In this document: positions 1 through 10,045 of the stretch, in pieces | How positions within the stretch are numbered: the stretch's first letter is position 1 | Layout: each line of letters opens with the position of its first letter | Assembly: GCF_006345805.1 (NCBI RefSeq) | Contig: NC_042997.1 | Span: 169,942,001 to 170,006,000 of the forward strand | Reading direction: 5' to 3' | Length of the DNA: 64,000 nucleotides | DNA from: Octopus sinensis | Taxonomy: Eukaryota | Program-made: the position numbers and the translations under genes | The notes under the pieces: generated by a model | Told to the model about the DNA's origin: nothing | The model's database searches: none | What the model saw: only the letters and a program-made list of their open reading frames with translations

Positions 1-1649
1 TTAAAAAGATATATGTATGTTTACATTAGTACACCTTTCTGATTAGTAATTATTGGCACTGCAAGCATGTATCCATTAGATTCTTTGTTATTCATGTTAA
101 AATATAACAGATCAAAATTATGACTCGACAAGCTTTTATCTAGAATTCCTGAAATTTGAATTGAAAACCAGAAACTAATTTGGGTTAATCTGAGTATTCA
201 AGAAATTAGTACGGCCATTATATATTCAAATAAATCATGTACATTAAAACATTTGATATTACTTTAAACACTCAAATTGAAGTTTTAACTTTATACAATA
301 TTCAATTTGGACTTTTCTGCTCCACCCCAAATTAGTTTCTAACGTTGATTTCATCCAAGCCTACTTTGTAGCTTTATACTAGTTCCATCCCAATAGTCTG
401 TATGATATTCATTCTTTAAATTATAGTGTTTAAAAAAAAAAAAAAAAAGAATTCAGTTTCAGTACATTCCTTTACCTGCCTGGGTAATACTGCCACCTGT
501 TTTGCAACATGTGTAAACTGGTATTAAGTACCGAACTGAATTTTGCTTTCTATATTCCTTCATTTGCATCATATAATAACATTCACATCAACTAGATGTG
601 AATGTTATGAAAAGCTTCCCTTCTATTCTTCAAGTTACAAAATAAACATAACAAAAGTAGAAATATTTGGAGAATTTTATTTATAAAAGTGCAAAAATAG
701 GTATTTTTAAATATGTTCCAGTAATTGATATAAACTAAAAAATAAATAAACTTTACAATTGACAAAAGAAATTCAACTGATTTTTTGAAGAGATCCCCAA
801 ATATTTGAATTTTAAACTTATAATAGTGTGACACATGAAGAAGAAAAATGAAGATATTAAATATTGCCACTATCCCATCAAATTGTTTTTTTACAAAAAA
901 AAAAAAAAAAAAAATTCTACATAATATTAAGTTGTAATCTGAATGCAAAATGAAATTCATAAATTAGTAGAAAAGTTTGTAAGAACAGAAAGTTAGAAAA
1001 GGCTAGTAATTGCCACTAGCCTTTACCAGTCTTGAAAAGTGTACATTACTTAATAAGGGATGGGGAAATGCAAATAAAAAGGGATATGTCCTAGCTGATA
1101 AGCCAAAAACAGTTGATCAGAGCAGCAGAACAGTTGATCAAAGTACTCGTCAATCCCTTAAGCCAAACTCAAGCAGATGATGATATGAAGTGGAATGCCA
1201 CTTATGAAGAAATATCACAGATACACAACTGTTAATGGATTTGGGATTGCAGGTTTAGAGGACAGAAATTTTGACAAATAAATCTAATTAAGACAAAGAA
1301 ACGACAATAAAGAGGATGACAAATGTCCAGATACTTGAATACTGTTAGTATTTTGTTTCAAGTTTTCTGTGAATAAAAATGACTAGGTTCACTCACAAAA
1401 TTCCACCGCTAATGATAGCTTTTGAAAGAAAGAAAGAAAGAAAGAAAATGGGGGGAGAAAAAAAAGGGGAGAGTTTCAATATACATGTTCTATTATATAC
1501 AAGAAGAATGTCTTCTCTATCTCCCACCCGAACCCACAGAAACGATATACACAATTTTGGAAAAGGAAAAAAAAGAAAAACAGTATAAATACAAACACAA
1601 TACAAAATATAAAATGAATTAGTATAAACATCAAAGAGCGAGAATAAAT

Positions 1650-2075
1650 ATAGTTGTATGAAGACATAGTTGTTGAATATTCCTCATGCTTGACAGTCCT
1701 CATCACAACCATGTTGCTTCTTTCATACAGATCTACTGTCATGGAATTTTTGTCATAGCCAACAACTGAAATAAATCCTTGGCTGTCATAGTCAACATCC
1801 TTCTGTATTAAAAATCTGTTTAGTGAAAGTTATCTTCACCTTCACACCAGCTTTTTGTCCAGGATGTTTTTTACCACTTAACACCAACTCACTTCCTTCA
1901 GGTCTTTAACTGCCTGATTCTTTTGTCAGATCAATCATAGTTGTTTCATACCTACATGGCATGTTAACTATCATTTCGTATCAGCTGAAATTTTTTTTCA
2001 TTCATTCATTCATCCTCAATTGCTTCAGTTTTTCACCAGCAAATTTCCTTTGAAATCAGTTCATTTTTTCCATGT
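1650..2075 (-). pseudogene. Highly decayed mariner-like transposase fragment (N-terminal HTH region)
   Basis: Frameshifted translation recalls mariner motifs: G..EAIEDE, MID.DKRI.VKDL.EVS, ILDKKLG.K. Many stops. Confidence 0.35.
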
Positions 2076-2103
2076 TATTTTACATGTCCAACAGATCCAA
2101 GCA

Positions 2104-2109
2104 TTTATT
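2104..2109 (-). terminator. Candidate polyadenylation signal AATAAA of the lectin-CUB gene
   Basis: First minus-strand AATAAA, about 67 nt after the stop codon; unverified without transcript data. Confidence 0.35.
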
Positions 2110-2175
2110 ACAGTTTGTTATTTCAAAGTTCATTACTTGGCTGTATAAATAGCCTATGTGCCATATTTTCCAGTC

Positions 2176-2286
2176 TTAAATTTCTATATTTGATAAATTG
2201 CTAAGAGTTTGATTATGGCTGGTATTCTTTCGATTCTGATTTTGTATAATGAAATTGCTGTAGACTTTTTGTCGTTTCTTTTTAAT
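2176..2286 (-). CDS. Coding exon 6: cytoplasmic tail and stop
   Basis: Acceptor ttttttattttcag|, phase 0; IKKKRQKVYSNFIIQNQNRKNTSHNQTLSNLSNIEI-TAA; basic stop-transfer cluster directly after the TM helix. Confidence 0.8.
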   Translation of the reverse strand: MKKKRQKVYSNFIIQNQNRKNTSHNQTLSNLSNIEI

Positions 2287-5200
2287 CTGAAAATAAAAAA
2301 AATAGAAAAAACATGAACTGGCAGGAAAGAAACACACCATTGATATACACACACACAAATACTTTTACAGTACTAGTTTTGTTTCCTTCTTAAACAAATC
2401 CATCTCAGAGTGGTGTGGTAGACAGTTTCTTATATAAACATCCACTTTTCCATGCTTACATGGATTGTAGAAAATATACATTGGTTTATGATTACACCCC
2501 TCGTGAAAATGGCCCAGCTCAATATGTAGGTAAAGTGTAGTTAGAAATTATGGGTCATAATGCAGCGGACATGTGAAGACGACAAAGAAATTAAACTAGG
2601 ATGCTCCACTGGATGTGCAATGTCAGTATGCATTTACAACACAAATGTAGTGTTCAAGAAAGAAGACTGCACTACTGTACTTGTACTAGTATGGTTAAGA
2701 GATGAGCTTGGATGAGGACACCTGTATAAAGAAATGATGATCAGTAAATGTGGGTGGAACGTGAAAAAGAGGGAGAGCAGGAAGACATGGGACAAAGGAG
2801 TGAAGACTGATCTCAAAATATTGAGCCTCACAGAAAATGCTTGACAATTTGCTGTCCATCTTATTGAAAGTGAAGCCCTAAAAATCATTGTCTATACACT
2901 CACTGGGCCCTACTCTCAGTTTGTCCCCATCAAGCCTTCCCCACCTTCCTAATACCCATCCATCCATAGCACCGTCCAACAGCTGTAACCGGGTGAGTAG
3001 AAAGAAGCCACACATGATTCATCTCTACTTTGTACTACCAGTTACCTCCCTTCTTCCTGGAATCAGTTCCTTTTACAATCGATCCCTCATTCTCAATATC
3101 ATCTCTTCCCTCATTCCAAACAAGACTATTATGTGTGTGCTGTGTGAACAAAAGTGGATTGATAGAAACTGCATGGAAACTCCTTGTATATATATAATTC
3201 GAAAAGGTCTGACTTTGTCACATTAATTCTACTTGAAAACATACATCAAGTACATATGGCTGTGGTAGTTCATTTATTCAAACAAATATTGATTTCAAAT
3301 TTTGGCACAAGGCCAGTAATCTCAGGGGAGCAGTTAAGTTGATTACATCGACCCCAATGCTCAACTGGTACTTTATCAACCCCGAAGGGATGAAAGGCAA
3401 AGTTAACCTTGGTGGAATTTTAACTCGGAATGCAAAAGACAGACAAAATACGACTAAGCATTTTGCCTGGTGTGCTGACAATTCTGCCAGCTTAAAAACA
3501 ACTAAAATATTAATGCTTAAAAATTTTGACCAAGATCCATTTATTTACACACACACACACATGCAACTATTACTGATTGAAAAGTATACTTACTTGTATT
3601 TTGAATACCAGGAATATAAGGAATGTAATTAAAATAAAGAGAAGTGTGCCTATAACACCAGCTGTTGCAGCAACTGTTGGAAAGAAAAAGAAAATATAAT
3701 TAACCCACTGAATTTGATTTCTTTTAATATTATTAATTGCTATTCTACATAAACATATTCTGGATATTGATCTTAGTGTTCGAATTAAAAAATTTTTTTT
3801 TTTATTGAAAATTTCAAAAAAGAAGAATGGATATTTACCAAAAATAGCTGAATTGTTTACTTGCGGCTTTGGATCACTTTGATAGTGTTGTTGATAGTTT
3901 TTAACAGTTGGACTTTCTGTTACTTTGAGTGGGGGGATAGCTATTTGAAATAGAAAGATATATACAGCTTAATCTTCCAAACAATTTTAAAAGCCAATGA
4001 AAAGTGAAAGTATAGAATATTGTATCGCGCAATTTTTTTTTTTATATATATATTATAAGAACTTAAAAGCTTACCTTCATAATAAAGCCAAAGTCCTTTG
4101 CGTTTGCCTCTGCTTGCCACTTTCAGTGTTAAATTTAATTCGTTTTTAGACGTGGGAAAACTTTTTTCATTTACACTTCGGTTACATATTGTTATGGTGT
4201 TAATTCCCAAATTCAGATCCAGATAATCTGTACAGTTTTTATTTCGTTCACCTTTTAGATCCATATCAAGTATATATAATTGAATTTTCCTATGAGGTTC
4301 CACTCTAATGTTCAATTGGCACGTGATCGGACCTTGAACATTGTTAGGGTAGCGATCACTAGAAATGTATCCACTTGGATCAGTGAGCTGTTTGGTGGTG
4401 CATATCTTTCTGACTTCAGATCCTTTAAGAGGAAAAAAATAAGATAAAGTTTTTAAAAAATAATTACAGTAAACATAATTAAATTACTGTAAATAAATCA
4501 TTGTTTATATATCCGTCACAAAGAACAAGACGTTTAATGAAGCACGATTAAAATTAACACTAATCTACATAGAACAGTTCTCTGCTTCGGTAGGATAAAT
4601 ATTCAATAATTATTTCATTTTTGTCATAAAGGATCTAATTTGCCTTAATCTGCTAATGCTAAATTGCTTTCACTCTTATCAGTCCGAGAAATAAATAAAT
4701 TTTATATATATATAAACAAAACATCCCTATTGTTTTCACGTATCCAGAGAAGAGACAATGCTAGATTTTATCTCCTTTCCATTATCAGAAAGAAAGAAAT
4801 GAATCTGTCTCGAATCTGAAGTAACCACGTTCTTATATTTATTATTTCCCATAAATATATACCAACATGCGAGGATTCGAAAACTACTACGATAGTTAGA
4901 ATCAATTTAAGTTAGTAGCAATTTAGTGGACAGCTCGTTTTAATTTAATAGCCATCGCAGCATTGTATTATCGATAATAAATTTAACGAAAGTGATAGCT
5001 TATGTGATAGGATCAGCATAAAGTATTTATTTTACTCACGATTTACACATTGGTATTCCACTTGAAAATAATTGAAGCTACAGTTCCCTTTTCTTTGACC
5101 AGTTTTACTCGTGGGTATGTTAACAAGACAGAACTCCCGACCCATGCAAGGGTAGTTTTGTTCGTCCTCCTGTATACAGTCATTCGCTTCGTAGCTACAG

Positions 5201-5709
5201 GATCCCCTGCTGCTGTGTCCATAAAAACTCCTTAAGATGCGAACCATGTAATTGCTTGGACAAGTGGCGTTCAAAGAGTCCTTTTTGTCTTTAAAACAAG
5301 CGCTTACTTTCAAACCTAGAAAATAATATTTGGTTTTATTTTAGTTGTGAAAGAGACGGCATTGTTAGTTTTGAGAAGATTGAAATTAAATATTTGATTA
5401 TAAACAGAAGTTAAAAATATGAAATTTTGTTTAGATTATTATATCAGTATAAGCTTAATGCAAAGCATTGTATATATATTTATAGATAAATAAAAATAGT
5501 AAAAATATGAAATGCAGCTGTCCCATGCAGCTTTAATAAGAATTTTATAAGAAATAATTTTTCCTTTATGCGTGTGCGTGCGTGCGTGTTAAAGTTTTAA
5601 AAAATATATTTGCAATGCATATAAACAACTCACCTGCTACAAGATGACAGATATCAAAATAAAGAAACACTGCAAACAGCACGATTGCCCAGCTAAATAA
5701 TCTTGCCAT
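2176..5709 (-). CDS. Spliced gene: type I membrane protein, signal peptide + SUEL-type (Gal/Rha-binding) lectin-like domain + CUB domain + TM + short tail; 330 aa; join(5709-5634, 5315-5040, 4422-4075, 3940-3839, 3673-3594, 2286-2176)
   Basis: Six exons with GT-AG boundaries and matching phases (1,1,1,1,0) total 993 nt, giving 330 aa plus TAA with no internal stop. The domain order is coherent for a single-pass receptor. Confidence 0.9.
2545..2860 (+). mobile_element. Degenerate RTE LINE 3' ORF fragment inside intron 5 of the gene
   Basis: Aligns by eye to 28700-29050 (MLRWMCNVS.., VQERRL, RKTWD..VK.DL..L.LTE); CpG-decayed. Confidence 0.7.
3300..3492 (-). mobile_element. tRNA-derived SINE family A (GGCGGCGAGCTGGCAGAA.. 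head), old copy
   Basis: Reverse complement of 17811-18040; central CCTTTCATCC..GGGGTCGATAAA..GTACCAGT block. Confidence 0.85.
3594..3673 (-). CDS. Coding exon 5: transmembrane helix
   Basis: Strong polypyrimidine tract and ccaacag| acceptor, donor CAA|GTAAGT; encodes (V)AATAGVIGTLLFILITFLIFLVFKIQ. Confidence 0.88.
3839..3940 (-). CDS. Coding exon 4: Pro/Thr/Gln-rich extracellular stalk
   Basis: Acceptor caaatag|C, donor TTTG|GTAAAT, 102 nt, phase 1-1; open frame IPPLKVTESPTVKNYQQHYQSDPKPQVNNSAIF. Confidence 0.8.
4075..4422 (-). CDS. Coding exon 3: CUB domain
   Basis: Acceptor cttaaag|G, donor GAAG|GTAAGC, 348 nt, phase 1-1. CTTKQLTDPSGYISSDRYPNN..CQLNIRV..IQLYILDMDL..CTDYL..IC..NELNLTL..GLWLYY is the typical 4-Cys CUB pattern. 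Confidence 0.92.
5040..5315 (-). CDS. Coding exon 2: SUEL/Gal_lectin-like domain (8 Cys)
   Basis: Acceptor ttctag|G, donor C|GTGAGT, 276 nt, phase 1-1. LKVSAC..LNATCPSNYMVRILRSFYG..C..C..PCMGREFC..C..YFQVEYQC matches the SUEL pattern (L.CP..I.I..A.YG; C.G+..C; YL.V.Y.C). Confidence 0.9.
5634..5709 (-). CDS. Coding exon 1: signal peptide MARLFSWAIVLFAVFLYFDICHLVA(G)
   Basis: ATG at 5709-5707, basic N-terminus and hydrophobic core; donor GCAG|GTGAGT at 5633; phase 1. Confidence 0.88.
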
Positions 5710-5936
5710 GATTGCTAATTTCTGCTGGAAAGGAAAAATAAAACAGAAAAAAGGGTAAAAAATCTTTTAAAAATAATAACTCAATCCATTATTGAGACAC
5801 ATCAGTCTCAATAATAGAGAAACAACAAGTACAAAGGGAAACTGCAAGTACAAAGAAAGAGAGGCTGGTGTAATAATAATAATAGTTAGCTACGTCTCAC
5901 AGCTGGACTGACTAGAGCTAGTACTATAGAACGTAC

Positions 5937-5967
5937 CTGGAACCGTTGTTCATATATAATACACCTG
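5937..5967 (-). other. Candidate 31-nt 5'UTR exon of the lectin-CUB gene
   Basis: Acceptor ttttcag|cag (NAGNAG) and donor CCAG|GTACGT; the ATG exon also begins at a ttccag|cag acceptor (5726-5722). Confidence 0.45.
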
Positions 5968-6899
5968 CTGAAAATTATATGTATCCTTTATATATCGGCT
6001 GAATTTCCCTCCAAAATATAGAAAGTCTAAAAATATGAAACAAAATTCTCTAAGACTGCGACTTGCACAGAGTCATGTTTCTGGAGCGTCGGCTTCTGGG
6101 GACAAAGAGCAGGAAGTGTACCATCTGTGAGTGCTTAAGGGGGTTTAGAATATGTATCTTCGTAGAAAGCAGTTCATTGTGTTCAAATGTAAACAAAGTA
6201 TTTTCAATGACTAATTACTCATCAAAGACACCAAGTTATTTACACTGACGACCGTCACTCTCTCCGCTAGCAGGTGCCATCATACTATAGAAGGCGGGCT
6301 ATTTCTGTTGATATCCCTCCTTCCTCTACCTCACAGTCTTCTCGTGCAGCTTGAGTTGATAGTGTGACCCGACATATGTTCGAATTTGTTTTTGTTTTGT
6401 TTGTTACTTTCTTTCTGTTTAGACTGAACCATTACTACTAAAAGGGGATTTCTTATGCTCCCATCCCTCAGCTAAAGCTTTCGAGAACTGTGAATGCTGA
6501 AATTCCAACATTTCCATTGTTGTAGAGAAGAGACAAAAATACATAAATGAAAAAAGCAAAGCATTGAATATCATTACTGTATGAAAACGCATTTATATTT
6601 ACATAGCATTAAAATATTTTTTTTAATTAAATTATTTGTAAAAATTATTTTAGTCGCATGAACCTTGGATGTAATCACCAAATTTTGGAAAAGTGAGATA
6701 AGATAAATGTCTAAATCGGTTTGATAACAGAAAATTAGCAATATATTACAAATTGTTATTATTCGTTAGCAACAGGGGGATTTTTTCAAAATCTACCTCG
6801 CTACGATTGCCTACCTACCCGCCAGTTGAAAAATGGAATAGCTCTAGAAATTGTTCCTCCACCTGTCAGGCTGATTACTACGTATCATTGTTATGGAAA

Positions 6900-7380
6900 T
6901 GAACGGTTTATACAGGTATTGTGTCGTCTCGCAGCGGTTGAATGATTAGTGAGTCTGTGGGGTCAGGAAGCAGTCAATGCAGACGCCTGAAGTCGACAGC
7001 CTGCCACACTTTAGGTTGAAGTGGTGTGGATAGGGGTAGCAGAAGAAGAAAAAAAAAGAAAACCTTTTTCTTTATCGGGCAACACCTGTCTTTCTAGTTG
7101 ACAAACAATGAGCCTATCCCGACCTCTAAGCGAGCAGGCGCGTGTCTGGCCTTACTTATCAACGACGAAGAAAGAAAGAAAAACGATCTTGTCTTTTTCA
7201 TAAGTAAAGCCACTTGAGAGAGAAAACAAAAATGGAAGTGGAAGGGAGGGATTAGCGACCCTGGCGGGAAGTTAAGAGAATATTAAGACAGTGGCGTACG
7301 CTTGGCTGTAAGCCGCCACGTGCCAAGCTTACGACCTACTAGAGCAAAATTTTTCTCTAATCTTTCAATTTCGGTCGTTT
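6900..7380 (-). promoter_or_regulatory. CpG-rich putative promoter / first-exon region of the lectin-CUB gene
   Basis: About 23 CpG in 480 bp by hand count, against near zero in much of the window. Contains E-box CACGTG (7317-7322), E2F-like GGCGGGAA (7263-7270), GGAAGT, and a candidate minus-strand donor GTAAGG at 7155. Confidence 0.5.
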
Positions 7381-7654
7381 CAAATGTCACCAAAGGCATC
7401 ATTGGGATTCAACTATTTGCGAGACTGACAAAATGTTGAAATTGTATGCAAACACGTGTATATATTTTACGCTGCAAAAATGTTTATAATCATCACTAGC
7501 TAATATTTTATTCACATAGTTTTATACTATTTGGTTCGATGAAATTGGTAGTTTTTTCCTAGATAAAATATATGTAACGCCAGGAACAAAGAAGCGTCTT
7601 CCATATAATGAGAGCAACAGACGGTTTCACATACATAACCACACACACACTTTT

Positions 7655-8030
7655 ATCTTAAGTCAAATGATTGCGGCCTTGCTGGGGCACCGTCTTGAAG
7701 AATTTTTAGTACAATTAAATCGACCCTAACATTATTTTAAAACCTGGTACTTATTCTATCGGTCTCTTATACACACATATCCAAATGCTTGAGACTGTGC
7801 ATTTGTTATATCTTTTATCTCGGGTATTGGATTGCGGCCATCCTGGGGCACCACTTCCAAGGGTTTTAGTCGCATAAATCAACCCCAGTGCTTCTTTGTC
7901 TTTTTCAGTCTGGTAATTATTCTACTGGTATCTTTTGCCGAACTGCTAAGTCACTGGCTCTTATACAAACCAACAATGGTTGTCAAACGGTGAAGGGTGG
8001 GGGGGGGCAAACATAGACACAAAGACACAC
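7655..8030 (-). mobile_element. SINE family B 3' parts, two tandem fragments
   Basis: Repeated gcggcc..gctggggcacc..aaatcgaccc..acttattctatcggtctc block, as in 10046-10404. Confidence 0.7.
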
Positions 8031-8836
8031 ACACACACACATATTGGTTAGTCAGTGTTAAGACTTCATATCTATAGGGCTTAAATAGGAAAAGTGGACT
8101 TCAAATATATCACACATGGAATACTTACAAGTTACCTTGCCACCCATCTAATTGCCTTGTCAGTTGCTGTTGAACAAAGAAAACAGCCTTGAAATACATA
8201 GCACTTGTTGACTTCACAAGTGTATAAATGACCAGGGATGGATAACTGAAACTCTATGGTATCACAAAGAAATAACTGCCCCTTCATCACTTTACAGAAT
8301 GTACTGGGTACATCCTGTGAAGTGATTTGCATTAGGCAGGGCACCCAGCCCTAGAAAACCGTACTACTACAGACAATTGGACCCTCGACTAGCTCCTATC
8401 AAACCGTCCAACCCATGCCTGCATGAAAAACGGACATTAAATGATGATGATGATAGATATCATGTAACTGGATGAACATTGACTCTCCTGAGTTCATCTG
8501 CCTTTTGATAGGTCTTATTTTTCATTCCACATGATTGTCCAGAAGCCACCCTACTCACCAAGCTGGCTTGGTGATGTTACTGGCTGAGTCATAGATGGCC
8601 TGACCATGCAACAGGTTGTACTGGGGTGGAGGGTTTACATGTTACTAGTAACCCTCAAGAGTGACTTCACACACACACATCTTGTGTGTGCAGTTACATA
8701 TATGACTATTACTGTTGAGTTTAGCTCCACACATATCATCATCCAGTCTGCCTCCAGTAAAGTAGTTTGGATACTACTGTACTTAATATTACTGGTTATG
8801 ATACACAGAGCAAATGTATGTGTGTGTGTGTATGTG

Positions 8837-8897
<61 letters not shown>

Positions 8898-8949
8898 CAC
8901 ACATACATATGTTAGTCTATATACACATATATATACATATATATATATT

Positions 8950-9330
8950 TATCAGCCATTTCACTATGTTGAACTGTTAATCTCTACACTTTTTTTCTCT
9001 CACCATTTTTTTTTTCCTCTTGGTCCTTTCTGTCAAGTGCAGGCTTGAAACAAGACTTTTGCATTCTTCCCAAGTATTAAACAAATACACCTGCTTGTTG
9101 TTCCTACACCTGTCTTCATCTTTTGTTTTCTGTAAATTTGAACTATATGTATGTATGATTGCACCTTGATAGATCGCTAGCTGCTACACATTCTTTATTT
9201 TCTCTCCTTGCTTCTTTCTTTGTTGCTTTCTGTGGAAGAGCGTAGGCTCGAAACGTTAAAGACTTTCTCAATTCCTGAGCGTTTGTTGTCTACACCACCT
9301 GTCTTCGTCTTTTGTTTTTTTGTGAATTCT

Positions 9331-9335
<5 letters not shown>
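8950..9335 (+). mobile_element. Two tandem copies of a Penelope-type non-autonomous repeat with a hammerhead-like motif
   Basis: About 190-bp direct repeats (~8950-9145 and ~9165-9332) with ctttctgtggaagagcgtaggctcgaaacgttaaag..acacctgtcttc; flanked by (TA)n. Same family at 21621 and 31095. Confidence 0.65.
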
Positions 9336-9375
<40 letters not shown>

Positions 9376-9443
9376 ATATGGTGTGTGTGTGTGTGTGTGT
9401 ATGTATGTGTATGTGTGTGTGTGTGTGTGTGTATATGTATGTG

Positions 9444-9484
<41 letters not shown>

Positions 9485-9580
9485 ATATGTATGTGTATAT
9501 ATATATATATATGTGTGTGTGTGTATGTGTATATATATATATGTGTGTGTGTGTATGTGTATATATATATATATATATAT
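9333..9580. repeat. Compound (TA)n/(TG)n microsatellite
   Basis: Directly visible. Confidence 0.97.
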
Positions 9581-10045
9581 AATCATAAAAATTAAAAGTA
9601 ATTCAAATTCAATGTTTTCTTGAAATAATAAATTTCTATAAAGATTAGGATTAAAATTCCAACCTATGAAAAGTTTCTACAATATTCTTAATTATCCAGC
9701 AACTTGGGCTAATACAAACAAGTCTAGTAGGTGAAAAGGACTAACTGACATCTCTTATCAAGAGTGCAGACGACAGTTAGATCACTGATGTTTGTTGTGC
9801 ACTCTGCTTTCATTATTTGATTGCTGTTATTCTGTGCATCTGTGTGTAAAGATCAGTTGTGTTTTGTATAGTTGCCTTATTTTTGCCCTTAACTTAGAAA
9901 TGGAAAAAGACATAGTGCTGTATATAAAAAATAAGCTATTTGGGGCTAGAAATATTGCAGGAAAATATGAGGCATTCTTTCATTACTCAGTTGGGTCACA
10001 CCCTTTCTATTTCCTATTTCAAAGAAATTCGAACAATAGACACAG

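Noticed and set aside
1391-1420. Micro-exon or first exon of a neighbouring minus-strand gene (GTGAGT at 1396)
   Set aside because: Only a splice-like hexamer next to a pyrimidine tract. It cannot be joined to the lectin-CUB frame or to any downstream exon in the window.
5032-5313. Stand-alone 93-aa ORF with a TTG start (likewise 3941-4315 and 2176-2358)
   Set aside because: These are exons read through into introns; the splice sites and phases define the real boundaries.
8606-9623. ORFs rich in YI/CV/HT (also those at 11817-12991, 22597-22868, 36913-37552, 41751-41987, 46912-47335 and 56605-56963)
   Set aside because: These are translations of (TA)n, (TG)n, (CT)n and (TAT)n microsatellites and SINEs, which simply lack stop codons.
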